From positions 19,922,341-19,986,340 of the forward strand of contig NC_083409.1 of the NCBI RefSeq assembly GCF_020745735.1: 64,000 nt of DNA, written 5' to 3'. Positions 50,521-64,000 of this stretch are shown here, piece after piece. Under the pieces are notes generated by a model, which was not told where the DNA came from, ran no database searches, and worked only from the letters and a program-made list of their open reading frames with translations. Source of the stretch: Hemiscyllium ocellatum (Eukaryota). Position numbers and translations under genes: made by a program. How positions within the stretch are numbered: the stretch's first letter is position 1; each line of letters begins with the position of its first letter.

Positions 50521-51587
50521 ATTGGCAAACGCCATTCACTTTGACTTGACTCTATGCTGTCTTCTTGGAGCATCGCTTCCACTTCCATCTGAAATATACT
50601 GCCTTGAAAGGATTAAGTCTATAGGCGTGTTTTTATCAGAACATAGAACAGTACAGCATAGTGCGGGTCCTTTGCCTCTTAATGTTATGCTGCCCTTTTA
50701 TCCAACTCTGGGATCAAACTAACCTGCATAATCATTCATTTTACAATCATCCATGTGCCTATCCAAGAGTCACTTAAGTGTCCCAAATGTATCTGCTGGC
50801 TGTACATTCCACGTACCCACCACTCTCTGTGTAAAGGACCTATTTCTAGCATCGCCCGTAAACCTTCCTCCAATCACTTAAAAATTATGCCCCCTTGTGA
50901 TAGCCATTACCACCCTGGGAAAAAGTCTCTGGCTATCCACTCTGTCTATGCCTCTCATTTTATACACCTCTATTGAGTCATTTTTCATCCTCATCCAAGT
51001 CATTTGTAAAAATCACAAAGAGCAGAGGTCCCAGAACAGATCCCTGTTTATCATCAATGGTCACCAAGCTCCAGGCTGGATACATTCAGAATACTGTCAT
51101 CCTCTGTCTCCTATGGGCCAGCTAATTCTGTATCCGGACAGTCAAATCTCCCTGTAGCCCTGTCACCTTAATTTCTGCATGAGCCTACTATAGGGAACCT
51201 TTTCAAACATTTTGCTAAAATCCACATACACCACATCCACTGCTCCATCTTCAACAAAGTGTTTTGCCATATCCTCAAAGAATTTATCAGGCTTGAGAGG
51301 CATGACCTGCACCTCACAAAGCCATACTGATGATTCTAATCAAACTATGCTTTTCCAAATAATCATAAAATCTGTCTTTCAGAATCCTCTCCAATAATTT
51401 GCTCACCACCAACATAAGACTGACGGGTCTGTAATTCCCAGGGTTATCCCTATTCCCTTTCTTGATCAAGGGAATAACATTTGGCACTCTCCAATCATCT
51501 GATACTAATCTAGTGAACAGTGAGGACACAAGGATCATCGGTAAAGTTGCAGAACTATCTTTCCTTGCTTCCCCACAGTAACTTAGC

Positions 51588-54135
51588 GAGACATTGAACA
51601 ATTCTTCCGCCGCCTTCACCTCCGTGCCTACTTCTTCAACCAAGATTCTCGCCCACCCTCTGACGACCCCTTCTCCTGCCTCCAACACACCCCATCCACC
51701 TGGATGTCCCGTGTTGGCCTCTTACCCGCCCCCCATCTCTTTCTAGCCAACTGCCGCCGCGGCATTAACCACCTCAACCTGTCCACCCTCTCACCCACTC
51801 CAACCTCTCATCCTCAGAAGGTGCAGCCCTCCACTCCCACCCAAACCTCACCATCAAACTGGCAGAGAAGGGAGGCGCGGTAGTAGTTTGGCGCACCGAC
51901 GTTTACACCGCTGAGGCTAAATGCCAGCTCGCTGACATCTCCTCCTACTGCCCCCTTGACCATGACCCTACCTCCCACCACCAAACCATCATCTCCCAGA
52001 CCATCCATAACCTCATCACCTCAGGGGATCTCCCATCCACCGCCTCCAACCTCATAGTCCCACAACCCCGCACCGCCCGTTTCTACCTCCTACCCAAATT
52101 CCACAAACCTGACTGCCCCGGCCGACCCATTGTCTCAGCCTGCTCCTGCCCCACCGAACTCATCTCCACATACCTCGACACGGTCCTGTCCCCCTTAGTC
52201 CCAGAACTCCCCACCTACGTTTGGGATACCGTCCATGCCCTCCACCTCCTCCATGATTTTCGCTTCCCCAGTCCCCAACACCTTATCTTCACGATGGAAT
52301 CCAGCCCCTGTACACCTCCATCCCCCATCACGAAGGACTCAAAACCCTCCGCTTCTTCCTTTCCTGCCGTAACAACCAGTACCCTTCCCCTGACACCCTC
52401 CTTCGACTGACTGAACTGGTCGTCACCATGAACAACTTCTCTTTCCAATCCTCCCACTTCCTCCAAACCAAAGGCACCCGTATGGGTCCCAGCTATGCCT
52501 GCCTCTTTGTAGGATATGTGGAACAGTCCATCTTCCACAACTACACTGGCATCACCCCCACCTTTTCCTCCGCTACATCGATGACTGCATCGGCGCTGCC
52601 TCATGCTCCCACGAGGCGGTTGAACAGTTCATCCACTTTACCAACACCTTCCACCCCGACCTCAAATTCACCTGGACCGTCTCAGACTCCTCCCTCCCCT
52701 TCCTAGACCTTTCCATTTCTATCTCGGACGACCGAATCAACACAGACATCTACTATAAACCAACTGACTCCCACAGTTACCTAGACTACACCTCCTCCCA
52801 CCCTGCCCCCTGTAAAAACGCAATCCCATATTCCCAATTCCTTCGCCTCCACCGCATCTGCTCCCAGGAGGACCAGTTCCAATACCGTACAGCCCAGATG
52901 GCCTCCTTCTTCAAGGACCGCAGATTCCCCCCAGACGTGATCGATGATGCCCTGCACCGCATCTCCTCCACTTCCTGCTCCTCTGCCCTTGAGCCCCGCC
53001 CCTCCAACCGCCACTAGGACAGAACCCCATTGGTTCTCACCTACCACCCCACCAACCTCCATATACACCGTCATTTCCGCCACCTCCAAACGGACCCCAC
53101 CACCAGGGATATATTTCCCTCCCCTCCCCATCAGCGTTCTGAAAAGACCACTCCCTCCATGACTCCCTCGTCAGGTCCACACCCCCCACCAACCCAACCT
53201 CCACTCCCAGCACCTTCCCCTGCAACCACAAGAAATGCAAAACTTGCGCCCACACCTCCTCCCTTACTTCTCTCCTAGGCCCCAAGGGATCCTTCCATAT
53301 CCGCCACAAATTCACCTGCACCTCCACACACATCATCTATTGCATCCGCTGCACCCAATGTGGCCTCCTCTATATTGGGGAGACAGGCCGTCTACTTGTG
53401 GAACGTTTCAGAGAACATCCCTGGGACACCTGGACCAACCAACCCAACGACCCCGTGGCTCAATACTTTAACTCCCCATCGCACTCCACCAAGGACATGC
53501 AGGTCCTTGGACTCCTCCATCACCAGAACATAACAACACGACAGTTGGAGGAAAAGCCTTATCTTCCACCTAGGAACCCTCCAACCACAAGGGATGAACT
53601 CAGATTTCTCCAGTTTCCTCATTTCCCCTCCCCCCACCTTGTCTCAGTCAAATCCCTCGAACTCAGCACCGCCTTCCTAACCTGCAATCTTCTTTCTGAC
53701 CTCTCCGCCCCCACCCCACTCTGGCCTATCACCCTCACCTATCACATCTCCATTGCCCCTCCCCCAATTCCCTCCTTTTATCTGAGCCTGCTGGACACAC
53801 TTTCCTCATTCCTGAAGAAGGGCTTATGCTCGAAACGTTGAATCTCCTGTTCCTTGGATGCTGCCTGACCTGCTGTGCTTTTCCAAAATCCACAAACCTA
53901 ACTGCCCTGGCCGACCCATTGTCTCAGCCTGCTCCTGCCCCACCAAACTCATGTCCGCATACCTCGACACGGTCCTGTCCCCCTTAGTCCCAGAACTCCC
54001 CACCTACGTTCGGGACACCACCCACGCCCTCCACCTCCTCCATGATTCCGAAACGTCGAATCTCCTGTTCCTTGGATGCTGCCTGACCTGCTGCGCTTTT
54101 CCAAAATCCACAAACCTGACTGCCCCGGCCGACCC
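51588..54135 (+). mobile_element. Penelope-like retroelement, 5'-truncated and frameshifted, with reiterated 3' end
   Basis: FHKPDCPGRPIVSACSCP, RYIDDCIG, IRCTQCGLLYIGETGR segments; terminal repeat with hammerhead at 53808; tail and RT fragments repeated to ~54135. Confidence 0.9.
53808..53843 (+). ncRNA. Minimal type I hammerhead ribozyme motif at the 3' end of a PLE
   Basis: AUUC-CUGAAGA-A-GGGC-UUAU-GCUC-GAAAC-GUU-GAAU: stem I AUUC/GAAU, stem II GGGC/GCUC, ACGU palindrome, GUU triplet. Confidence 0.6.
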
Positions 54136-57100
54136 ATTTATGGCAACACATTTAGAGCCCATCTGGCCCAGGGAACTTACCTATACTCACATTTTTCAAG
54201 ATTTCAGCACATGTTCCTTCTTAACATCAACCTGTTCGAGCCTATCAGCCCATTTCATGCTGTCCTCACAAACAACGAGGTCCCTCTCATTACTGGATAT
54301 TGAGATAAAGTATTCATTAAGGACCTTCCCTACCTCCTCAGACTCGAGGTTCCTAATCAGCTCTACCCTCACTCTGGCCATCCTCTTTTTCCTTACGTAA
54401 CTGTATAATACCTTGGGGTTTTCTTTAATTCCACCCTCCAAGGCTTTTTTATGCTCCCTTCTACCTCTCCTCTGTGCATTCTTCAGCTTCTTCCTGGCTA
54501 TGTTGTAACCCTATAGAGCCCTGTCGATCCTTGTTTCCTCAAAACTAAGTAAGCTTCCTTCTTCCTCTTGACTAGATATTTCATATATCTTATCATCCAA
54601 GATTCATTAACCTGACCATTCCTTCCTTGCCTCAGTGGGACAAACCTACCCAGTACTCACAGAAAATGCTCCCTAAACTACCTCCACATTTTGGTCATGC
54701 ATTTCCCTGATAATATCTGTTCTCAATTTATGCTCCACAGTTCCTGCCTAATAGCAGTTATTTGTGAAAGGAGGAGTTGCAATGCTGCAATATTTTCCCA
54801 TAATGTTTGCTCCAATCCGACGACTATAGTAAAGTTCAGGGAGTTGTGATCACTATCAACAAAATGCTCTCCCATTGGGAGATCTGACATCTAACCTGGC
54901 CCATTGTCAACGACCAAATTCAATATGGCATCCCCTCTAGTTGGCTTATCTACATGTTGAGCAGAAACAGCATTCCCTGCTACGGAATTAGTCCTTCCCA
55001 TCCTATTCCTACATTAAATCTGAGACTCTGGCCTCATGTCCTAGCCTCTCCTAGTAGAGGAAACATCTTCTGCACATCCTCTGTATCCAAGACTCTCAGT
55101 ATTCATCCCATCTACCCCGTCATCCTCTAAAACTCTTTCATGGTTCAATATCCTTCTGTATTCCAATGAACACAAGCACTACCTACTCAACCTCTCCTCA
55201 TATTTACAATCCCTCCATCCCTGGTACCAGCCTAGACACTCCACTGAACTGCATCCAATTGAAAAGATCTTTCCTTAGGTAAGGACCTCAACACTATTCA
55301 AGGCATTCCACCTGTGATCATATTAGACAGGTGAAAGTGGAGTGACTTCATTCTGGAGACAATACCAAAAGTTTAAAAGAAAATGGATGGAGGTGAATGG
55401 TTTCATTCTGAACAATGCACCAAGAGAGCAGACAGTAATTGCAAAAAGAGCGTGGATAGTGGCAGGTAGAACAATTTGAACAATTGTGCCCTAATAGAGC
55501 AACAAGATTAAAAACAATGTAAAAGACCACAAGACAATAAGAAATAGGAATAAGAGTAAAACCCATTCAGCCTCTCAAGCCAAGCCATCTGCACCATTCA
55601 GTAGGATCATGGATAATCCAATATTCCTCATGTCCACTTTCCTATCTTTTCCCTGTCACCCTTGACTCTTCTACTGAACAAAACTCTATCTATCTAAGCA
55701 TGAAATATACACAAGGGCTCTCCCCTCAGCTCTATGTGGTAAGAATTTCCAAAGACTCACAACACTCTGAGAGAATAAATTCCTCCTTATCTCAGTCTTA
55801 AATTGGCAACCCTTTATTATGAGACTATGCTCTGCGATCAGAGACTTTCCTAGTGCCTCTAATGAAATAATGTATGCCCTTAAATAAGGGGACCAAAACT
55901 GCTCCCAGTACTCCAGATGCGGGCCCATCAGCAACTTGTGCAGTTGAATGTAGACTTCACTCCTCTTATACACCAAATTAAAAATCGCACCAGGTTATAG
56001 CCCAACAGGTTTAATTGGAAGCATTAGCTTTCAGAGGGCCACTCCTTCATCAGGTGGTTGTGGAGTACACAATTGTAAGACACAGAATTTATAGCAAAAG
56101 TTTACAGTGTGATGTAACTGAAATTATACATTGAAAAATACCTTGATTTTTTGTTGAGTCTTTCTTCTGTTAGAATGACCATGATAGTTTCACTTCATTC
56201 ATACGTAAATCACAAAATATTTTTTAAAAGTTACATTCTCAGGTTAACTGTAACAATTTGTGTCAGCCAGATAATATGTTGAAGGTGTTAGCCCCCTGTG
56301 TCCCTTGTCTGTGCCATAATGTTTAGAATGATTTTAATCTAAAAACTGAGTTAACAGAGTCTTACATGGATTCATGCAGTTTTTGAGCAAAGTACAATGT
56401 AACTCTGCAAGTACAAATTCACCCCATTCACACAAATAAACTTTTCATGAGTAAAAACCTATCAGAAAATAAAGATTCTTCAATACATTTAGATAATATT
56501 TGAATATTCAGTTTAGCAAAAACATGAAAGTCCAAACTTGAAACTTCATTCTTAAAAAAAATCTAAAAGTAACCACTTATCTGAAACACTTCGCTGGAAC
56601 TTAATACCAAACAGAATGGCATTTTATGAAAAACGATACATTCAATGTGACAGACAAAGCAGAAACAATGGTCTTTGTATGAGTGACATGAGAGTTTTGT
56701 TCTTTGTATATGAGGGAATTTCATGATCAACCTTGCAGCCTTTTCAGACCAAGTATTTATTTTGCAATTTTCAGATGAGAAAGCAAAGGTTTTGGAGTGA
56801 TGTATGAAAGTTTTGTGATCAGACAGAGTACAGATTGAAAAGCAGTAACTTGCTTTTAGTTGAGGAGAATCAGGAATTAGCTTTTTTCTTCTTAGGGTGA
56901 AAAACCCAGTGGATTGAAATGGTTCTTACTGCAATTGGTGGGAGTCCTGATTGAAGTTAGATGTTAAGAACACAATTTAAGCTGAAGTAAGGAGATAGTT
57001 CAGAATATTGGGAAATAATTGGAAATTCCAGTCCTGAAGTGTTTGGTTAGGACACCAGATTGATTATTTGAAGTTAAAAACGTTTGAGCTTAGTTCCGTA

Positions 57101-57785
57101 CCTAATGGAGGAAGAAGCTATCAAATTCTCAGGTCTAGAACTTAAAGCAACACTTAATTCAAACCTAAAGCTGTGATAGACATTGGAACTCTCTCTGGTA
57201 TTTTAATATTGTTAACTGATGGTATTGAAATTAGATGGGATGGTATTTTATAGTGTGGTTTGGAATCTACCAAATTGCATTCTGTGCAATTAATTGTTTA
57301 GGTTGACCTTATCTTAAAACCTTTTTCAAATAATCCTGCATTGAAAAACTGTATCTATTTGCAAATTGCTCCCCAGCAATATTCACGATAAACCTTCAGA
57401 AGGACCATTGAGATCAGCAAATAGAAAGCATTTGTGGCATCCAAGGAATCTTGATTGATGATGTTAGGTTGGTGCCTCCAATCCCAGCATGAGCAGTGGA
57501 TACCTTTGTTGTCCATATTTCTGACATAGAATCATGGAATCCCAACAGTGCTGAGCGAGGCTTATCAGCCAATTGAATTCTGCACTGACCTTCTAAAGGC
57601 ACCCCACTCAGACCCCACACTATCCTGGTAACCCTGCATTTATTGTGACTAATCCATCAAGCCTGCACATCCCTAGGCACTATGGAACAATTTAGCATAA
57701 CCAATCCATCTAAACTGTCACTTGAAACTGAGGTTTCCATAAGAAGAAGGTGGGGTTGAAATTTAACAAGAAAACAGATTTTAGT

Positions 57786-58711
57786 TCAAAATGATTCTTC
57801 ATATTGACATTTTTCAAGTAATCTCTTAATTATTCTCCATGGAGATTTCAAAAGAACCTTCAGTTCCTCTTTGAATTTGTTCTGAGTTGCTGCATAGATA
57901 CATGGGTTGAGAAAGGAACTCAGCAGCTTCAGGAACTCTCCAGTTTCCATGGCAATATAATTTGGGTTCGTGAAGCCACCTTCATAATGATTGGGATTTG
58001 CAATTTTGGTAATCGCTAAAGTCACTGAATTGGTTAACCAAAGCAATATAAAACCAACTGATACAGAGAACAGTAAAATGATAGATTTCCGTCGGCTCTC
58101 TGTCTCTGAATTGCTGTGATCCTCACTTTTGTGACCCTGGAGTCTGGCACAGGCTCGATTGGCCATTACAATACGTTGAATAGTTAAAGAATTGAACATG
58201 GCAATCAAAGTAAAAGGAAGCCAGGCAAGCCAGGCGCTGTAGAACCAGAGGTATCCTGTACCTGCAGAAGATGAAAAGAAAGACACACTTGCTCGACAGC
58301 CCCACTGCACCTTGTTGATTATGTATTGAGGTTCATAAGCAAATAGAAGTGGAATATTCTTCAACACCATCAGGAAAGAGAAGGTTGTTACAATGATAAT
58401 TGCTGTTCTCTTCGTGCAATACTTTGTTTTAAACTTCTGGCAGCAGATCACAACATATCTGTCAAATGCGAAGGAGACATTGAACCAGACAGATAAAGAT
58501 ATACTGACACCATTGGAATATATAATGCCTGTGCACCAAGATGTTTGGGACAGGATTGAAAATGGAAAGTGATAATTGAAGATGTAATGCACTTTTACAT
58601 AGAAGATAATAACAAGAAGATCTGTTGTTGCCATGGCCATCATGTAGACAGAAATACACTTTGAAAGACCACAGTTTCCTCGTGACAGAATCACAATAGT
58701 CATCAAGTTTG
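57786..58711 (-). CDS. GPR139/GPR142-like class A GPCR, exon 2 (spliced protein about 331 aa)
   Basis: Acceptor ctcttttacag|CA, open to TGA at 57786. Hydrophobic TM segments, TM2 MATTDLLVI, FDRY (DRY) motif and NPCIY (NPxxY). The family is assigned from recognition of the GLSKCIS..MAMA..DL and FDRY..ICC pattern, not from a search. Confidence 0.85.
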
Positions 58712-59087
58712 CTGTAAAAGAGAGACAGACAGAGGTACATAATATTCAAGTATTGGGTTGCATTCAATAAATTTGCTGAGCGCATTTAAAACCATTATGT
58801 TGGGCTATCAAAACAGGAAAGTATTTAATGAGCAGCTCCAGAGCTCGCTCTGTACAGAATGAAGAGTCAAATAATCTACTGTACGAAACCAGCAAGGTAC
58901 ATTCTATCAAAAAAAAATCTTCAGAAGGTGAAAAATTAGTAAAATGGAATTTGAAAATTGATGGATTTGTTGTAGAGAATATCCATTGCAGATTGCTGGT
59001 ATCAGAAAAACAAGTTACCTGATCTAAAATGGTATGAACAAGGAGACAGTCAACGTTGATCAACAACAAACACTTTCAACGACTCAC

Positions 59088-59157
59088 CAGGAAGCGCAAT
59101 TGCTGTGAGAATTGGATAGTAAATCTCTTTCACCAGCAGAATAGTTGGCTTCCCCAT
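59088..59157 (-). CDS. GPR139/GPR142-like class A GPCR, exon 1 (MGKPTILLVKEIYYPILTAIALP/)
   Basis: ATG at 59157, 23 codons plus G, donor GTGAGT; phase 1 matches exon 2; encodes the start of TM1. Confidence 0.85.
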
Positions 59158-60859
59158 TTTCTGTGAGAATGAGTGATTTGTGCTTGAGTTAGATGAATCT
59201 GATGGATGCACAACTGAGCCAATGAAAACAAATCTATATTTATGTAGGCATCCAACCTCCAGGGAGTCCAAAAAGATGAATCATCATTATAATTAGTTTC
59301 AGTCGTTTAACAAATATATGGAGGTAAACATTAATCATTACATCAGACTGAAACAAAATAACAAGCTGACGTTATTTAGAAAATTGGCATCTGTAAAACA
59401 AAGTGAAATCTAGATGTATAGCAGCTACTCTGCAGAAGTGGTGTTGCTAGCTTTTCTCACACGTGTTGTCCTGCTGCATTTGGCCAACGTCTAGCTTTCC
59501 AGCAGTCTTTCAGATACTAATCCAGACTTGTAAATTTCCCCAGCTCACAAACCTCTGAGATATTTGCATTCATCCAATCACACAAATCCCTGATTTGTGT
59601 TGATGCTTCATTTATGGAGGTCCTTTCTCTATTCTCCTAACATTTATCAGATCTCTCAATTTGCCCTGCCCTATTGTGTAAGTTACTCCACTACTGACTT
59701 CATACATTTTTCCTTTGGATGAAATTACTTTTTCTAATATCAGAGTCCCTTATCTCCCGAAGTCTGTAAGTTGGAATTGCCAAAGGTACTCATAATTTGT
59801 GAGATTTCTCACATCCTTCTGCTAATTACCCAGACTGCATTTATAATTAATTCTGCTTAATGCAGCTGAACAATCCTAATGCTTTGATAACATTGAGGGA
59901 ACTCTCTATCTTATCACAATCTAATTTGTTTCAAAATTTTGCTCTTACAAATTCATTCTATAGTTTACAGAATTAACAGCCTTAAATTGTATTTCCTGTT
60001 ATTGTGCAATGCTTTCCAGCTTGCTATACCTGTAAAAGCCACTGTGCAGAACACTGCTCGGAATTTCACACAGGACTCTGCATGCCAGGTGTTTCAGACT
60101 TGGACAGCGTGCCTTCCATCGTGCCACTCTAACAGTGGAACAGAATTATTAGAAGGCAGAACAAGCCCACATTGGATGCATGTGCTGCCATTTGCCCAAT
60201 GTCTTCGCATTGGAGTTTCAATGTTACAACATGGATTAGACTACTTGGTGAATGTGTAAGCTGTTGGGTGATTGTGTGTGCAAGTGATAATGATGGGAAT
60301 GTGGAGAGGGTCTGTGAGGTGTGTGAGTTGAATTGGGAATCAAGGAAGTGGATGGAGTCCATCAAGCAGGTTGGTGGATGGTTGGTGTATCAGTAAGCTG
60401 GTTTGCTGTGCGGAAGACTTAAGGAGATAAGGTTGTAGGAAGAATCTGAACATTTAGCCTGATGAGCTAACCATTTAGCATCTGAAGAATCTGATAAGGT
60501 TGAAGGAAGAATCTGAACATTTCACACCAAAGAGCTGAATATGGCAGATTCTGTAAAGATTATGTGAGCAGTGTCGGACATTAATAGAAGCAGAATCCTA
60601 CACAATCACCACTTGAAAATCCATATCATGACATATTCCACATTCTAATATGAGCACCAAGTCAGCAGATCAATGCTGAATCAATGCAGCATGCTGGATG
60701 GCAGAGCAGAAACAGCAGGAGGCTCACGTGTAAATGAGAGATTAACCCGACAATGATTCAACAGGGCAAAGTGCCTGCCCAGCAGTAGCTACATAGCAGC
60801 AAGAACTGCTCAAACCCACCGATAGAAGATTAGCTCTTCAACAGATTTCAAATGGTTTG

Positions 60860-61730
60860 CAGATGACACCAGAGTTGATAGTATAGTGGACAGTGAAGAA
60901 GGTTATCTCAGAGTACAATGGGACTTTGATCAGATTGGTCAAAAAATGGCAGATGAGTTTAATTTAGATAAATGTGAGGTTTTGCATTTTGGAAAGGCAA
61001 ATCAGACAGGGACTTACACACTTAATGGTAGGTCCTGGGTGGTGCTGCTGAACAAAGAGACCTTGGAGTGCAGGTTCATCATTCCTTGAAGTGGAATCAC
61101 AGGTAGACAGGATAGCAAAGAAGGCATTTAGCACACTTGCCTTCTTTTGTCATTGGATTCAGTTTCGGAGTTGGAATGCCATGTTGAGGTTGTATCGAAA
61201 TTTGGTAAGACCACTTTTAGAAAACTGCGTTTAATTTTGGTCTCTCTGCTATAGGAAAGACTTTGTTCAACATAAAGAAAAGCGCAGAAAAGAGATAAAA
61301 GGATATTGCCAGCATTAGAGGTTGGAACTATAAGGAAAGGCTGAATAGGCTGAGTTTTATTTTCCTTGGAGCATCGGAGGCTGAGGGGTGACCAATCATG
61401 GGGGGCATGCTTAAGGTGAATAGATAAGGTTAGGGGAGTCCAAAACTAGAGAGCATATGTTTTAGGTTGAGGGGAAAGATTTCTAGTGGATATAAGGGGC
61501 AATATTTTCTTGCAGAGGGTGGTGCGTGTATGGAATAAGCTGCCAGAGGCAGGGGTGGAGGCTGGTACAATTACATTTAAACAGCATCTGAATAGGGATA
61601 TGAATAGGAAGGGTTTAGAGGGATATGAGCCAAATACTGGCAAATGAGACTAGGCTAATCTCGGTTAACTTGTCGGCATGGACAAGTTGGACCAAAGGGT
61701 CTGCTTACATGCTATATACACCTATGATTC
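60860..61730 (+). mobile_element. CR1 LINE 3' fragment
   Basis: DSEEGYLRVQ..DQ, EFNLDKCEVLHFG and the 3' UTR pattern shared with the other copies. Confidence 0.8.
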
Positions 61731-62839
61731 TGCGCACACTCTGGCAGTAGGCAATTACACTGCTCCATAATTTTCCACACTTCTCAACAGCGAGGAGATC
61801 AGCACCCAGTGCAAAGGACACATTTTAAACATTCAGACTCATTTTCAGCCAGGTGGATGGTGCATCTTGTCTTCTCCAGTGGTCCTGGATATCAGAGATA
61901 TCAGACTTTAGCCAATTCCATTCACTCTACATGGAGTCGAGGAAAGGTTAAGGTGTCCCATCCGAAAAGACCACAGTCCTGTCAACATGATGGAGATAAT
62001 GCTTATGCGTTCTGCTCCAGAGCGAGTCATGCTACTGGCAAAGAAGATTATGAACAGTAAGTTTGATTCAATCTACCACAGGGAAGATGTTGCCATTAAG
62101 GTAGTTTCTTAAAATCAAAGCATAGATTTCGGATGACTGGCTCAATGAAGTTACTGCTACATCACCAGCACCCAATACACTTGCGAATGTCAAAGTTATG
62201 TGGTGTTCAATGTTCCTTTCAATTACGATTGGAGATAAGTCACTTCCACACCTTTCAATGTGGTCCTCCGAAGTACAATGAGATCACAGGTGTATGGCTG
62301 CTTCTTATATAAAGTCTGGAATTATTTCCAAGTTAATAATTAATCGCACACGGCAATCACTGAGTTATGTTCACATTAGTTAAATGGGCAGTTGATGAGC
62401 ATACATCAATACAAGCTGTCATCAAGGAATAAACCTGTATTCCATTATCAACAGGGAAAATAACTTGTGCAACTAATCAACTGAGGAAGGTTGGAAGGAA
62501 TCCTCTACTTTATTAAAAGTGATGATCATTCTCTGAGGACTGGGACGATAGCAACATGAACTGGTTGCATGCTCTTCCAAAGCACTGACAATTTAAAAAA
62601 TCCACCTTAGCACTGTCTCCCCCCTTCCCCCCCCCCCCCCCCCACTGTCCAAACATCTTTGTGTTATTTATGCACACTCCACTCTCCCCTTCTGCACTTG
62701 AAAGTGATGCGATGATTGTATCTGCTATTGTCCCATTAGGTAGAAGATTCCAGCTGACAACACCTCACCATGTAAAGGGAAATCGCTGCCATCTCACGCC
62801 AAATCATTTTTAACAAATATCACTTTTTACATTTTAAAA

Positions 62840-64000
62840 ATATACTTTATTCATAAAAACCTTGTTTGCATACACATTCACAAATGCAGTAGCATATAAA
62901 GCAAAAGACATTGGAATTCAATTCTCTGCAAACAAACTAAAGGCATTTTTTATTGGAGAAGACTATATTAACATGCATTTGACGCACTGGGAAGGTGCAA
63001 TAACTAAACGGACCCCAACTTAACTTCAGCAGAAGGACGTCTTTCCCCACTGTGCCTTGGCAGCAGCTGTTCCAGGCTTTACCGTATGCCTCAGCAAGCA
63101 GTTCTGGACCTCAGAAACTGCTAGCATGCACCTTTTGGTCGGACGCAATTCCTTGTTCTTAAAGTCCAACAAGTTTTAGGCATACCAAAGAGCTTCTTTC
63201 ACTTCATCTGATGAAGGAGCACTGCTCCAAACACTTGATTTCAAATAAACCCTGCTTTTGACTTTGTCCAGCCCAGTCCAACCCCGGCATCTCCATGTCA
63301 TGTCTTTCACTGATCATTCAGGCGCAGTCGTTGTGTGTCTCAGTGTGCTCCCAGGAACAGATCATAGAGCACAGAGTCCTGCATCATGGAGCTGCTTGGG
63401 ATGAACCTTGACAAAAAACTATGCATCTTTCTTCACACTTCCATTGGAAAGGCACATTCCAGCACGAGATGTGTGACTGTCTCATCCCCCCACAGCTGCT
63501 TCAAGGTCAACATGCAATGGCAGAGACGGACTGGGTGTACAGGAAGAAACTCACAGGTAGTATTCTTGTCACCATCAGCCAAGTGATGTCTTGGTCCTTG
63601 TTGGAAAGCTCTGGTGATGAGGCATTCTGCCAAATGACTGACAGTCGGCTCAGGGAACTGCATGGCAGGATTCACTCTTACCGATTACCACAGGGTCTCA
63701 AAGACACTATGTGCTGACCACTTCCTGATGGACTTGTGGTCAAAGGTGGCTTTCTTTGCAAATTTCTCCATGAAAGACGAGTGATACAGTACAGTCCAAC
63801 TAGTTGGAGCACCTTGCAGCAATGAGATCAGTCCCATTCTTTGAAACACCATTGAGAGGTAGAACCTCAGTACGTAGCGACACTTGGTGTTTACAAAGTG
63901 AGGGTCCATGTGCAGCATGATGCAGCTGCATACAAAGGTGGCCCTCGGGATGCAGGCAGAACTGGGTATATTTTCCGCATCTTATCCAGAATTATGTACA
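62840..64000 (-). mobile_element. Tx1/L1-clade LINE 3' fragment (RT C-terminus, Cys motif), running off the window end
   Basis: GDETVTHLVLECAF zinc-knuckle-like motif, KCRYVLRFYLS..QRMGL region and AATAAA near 62847-62852. Confidence 0.7.

Larger units (their letters stand above)
50640..55300 (-). mobile_element. CR1 LINE fragments flanking the PLE at 51588-54135
   Basis: NRDNPGNYRPVSLMLVVSKLLE and KENPKVLYSYVRKKR segments. Confidence 0.75.

Noticed and set aside
60458-60490. CTGATGA-GCTAA-CCAT-TTAGC as a hammerhead
   Set aside because: The stem II-like hairpin is not followed by GAAA and there is no stem I/III.
49225-64000. V or J segment belonging to C3
   Set aside because: I found no reverse-complement FGxGT, WYQQ or YYC motifs or RSS by eye; a highly decayed segment could have been missed.

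Overview
Cartilaginous-fish (shark) genomic DNA from an immunoglobulin light-chain region of the kappa/type III (nurse-shark NS4-like) class, embedded in dense retroelement debris. Cluster 1 (+) has a promoter, a leader exon (3083-3131), a V fused to J with no RSS and out of frame (3318-3645), a ~12 kb J-C intron and an intact C exon (15616-15944). Two more C copies face it on the minus strand: an internally deleted remnant (30354-30440) and an intact exon (39176-39504). The intact copy belongs to an inverted duplicate of most of the J-C intron that stops about 0.7 kb short of J, so it has no V or J in this window. An intact two-exon GPR139/142-like class A GPCR lies at 57786-59157 (-). The rest is CR1 LINEs, HE1-type V-SINEs, DeuSINE fragments, Penelope-like elements (PLEs), a Gypsy pol fragment and a Tx1/L1 3' fragment. 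The least expected signal is a set of ~200-240 bp fold-back elements made of inverted PLE termini, carrying minimal hammerhead-ribozyme cores and flanked by 11-16 bp target-site duplications. All alignments were done by eye and TE boundaries are approximate.
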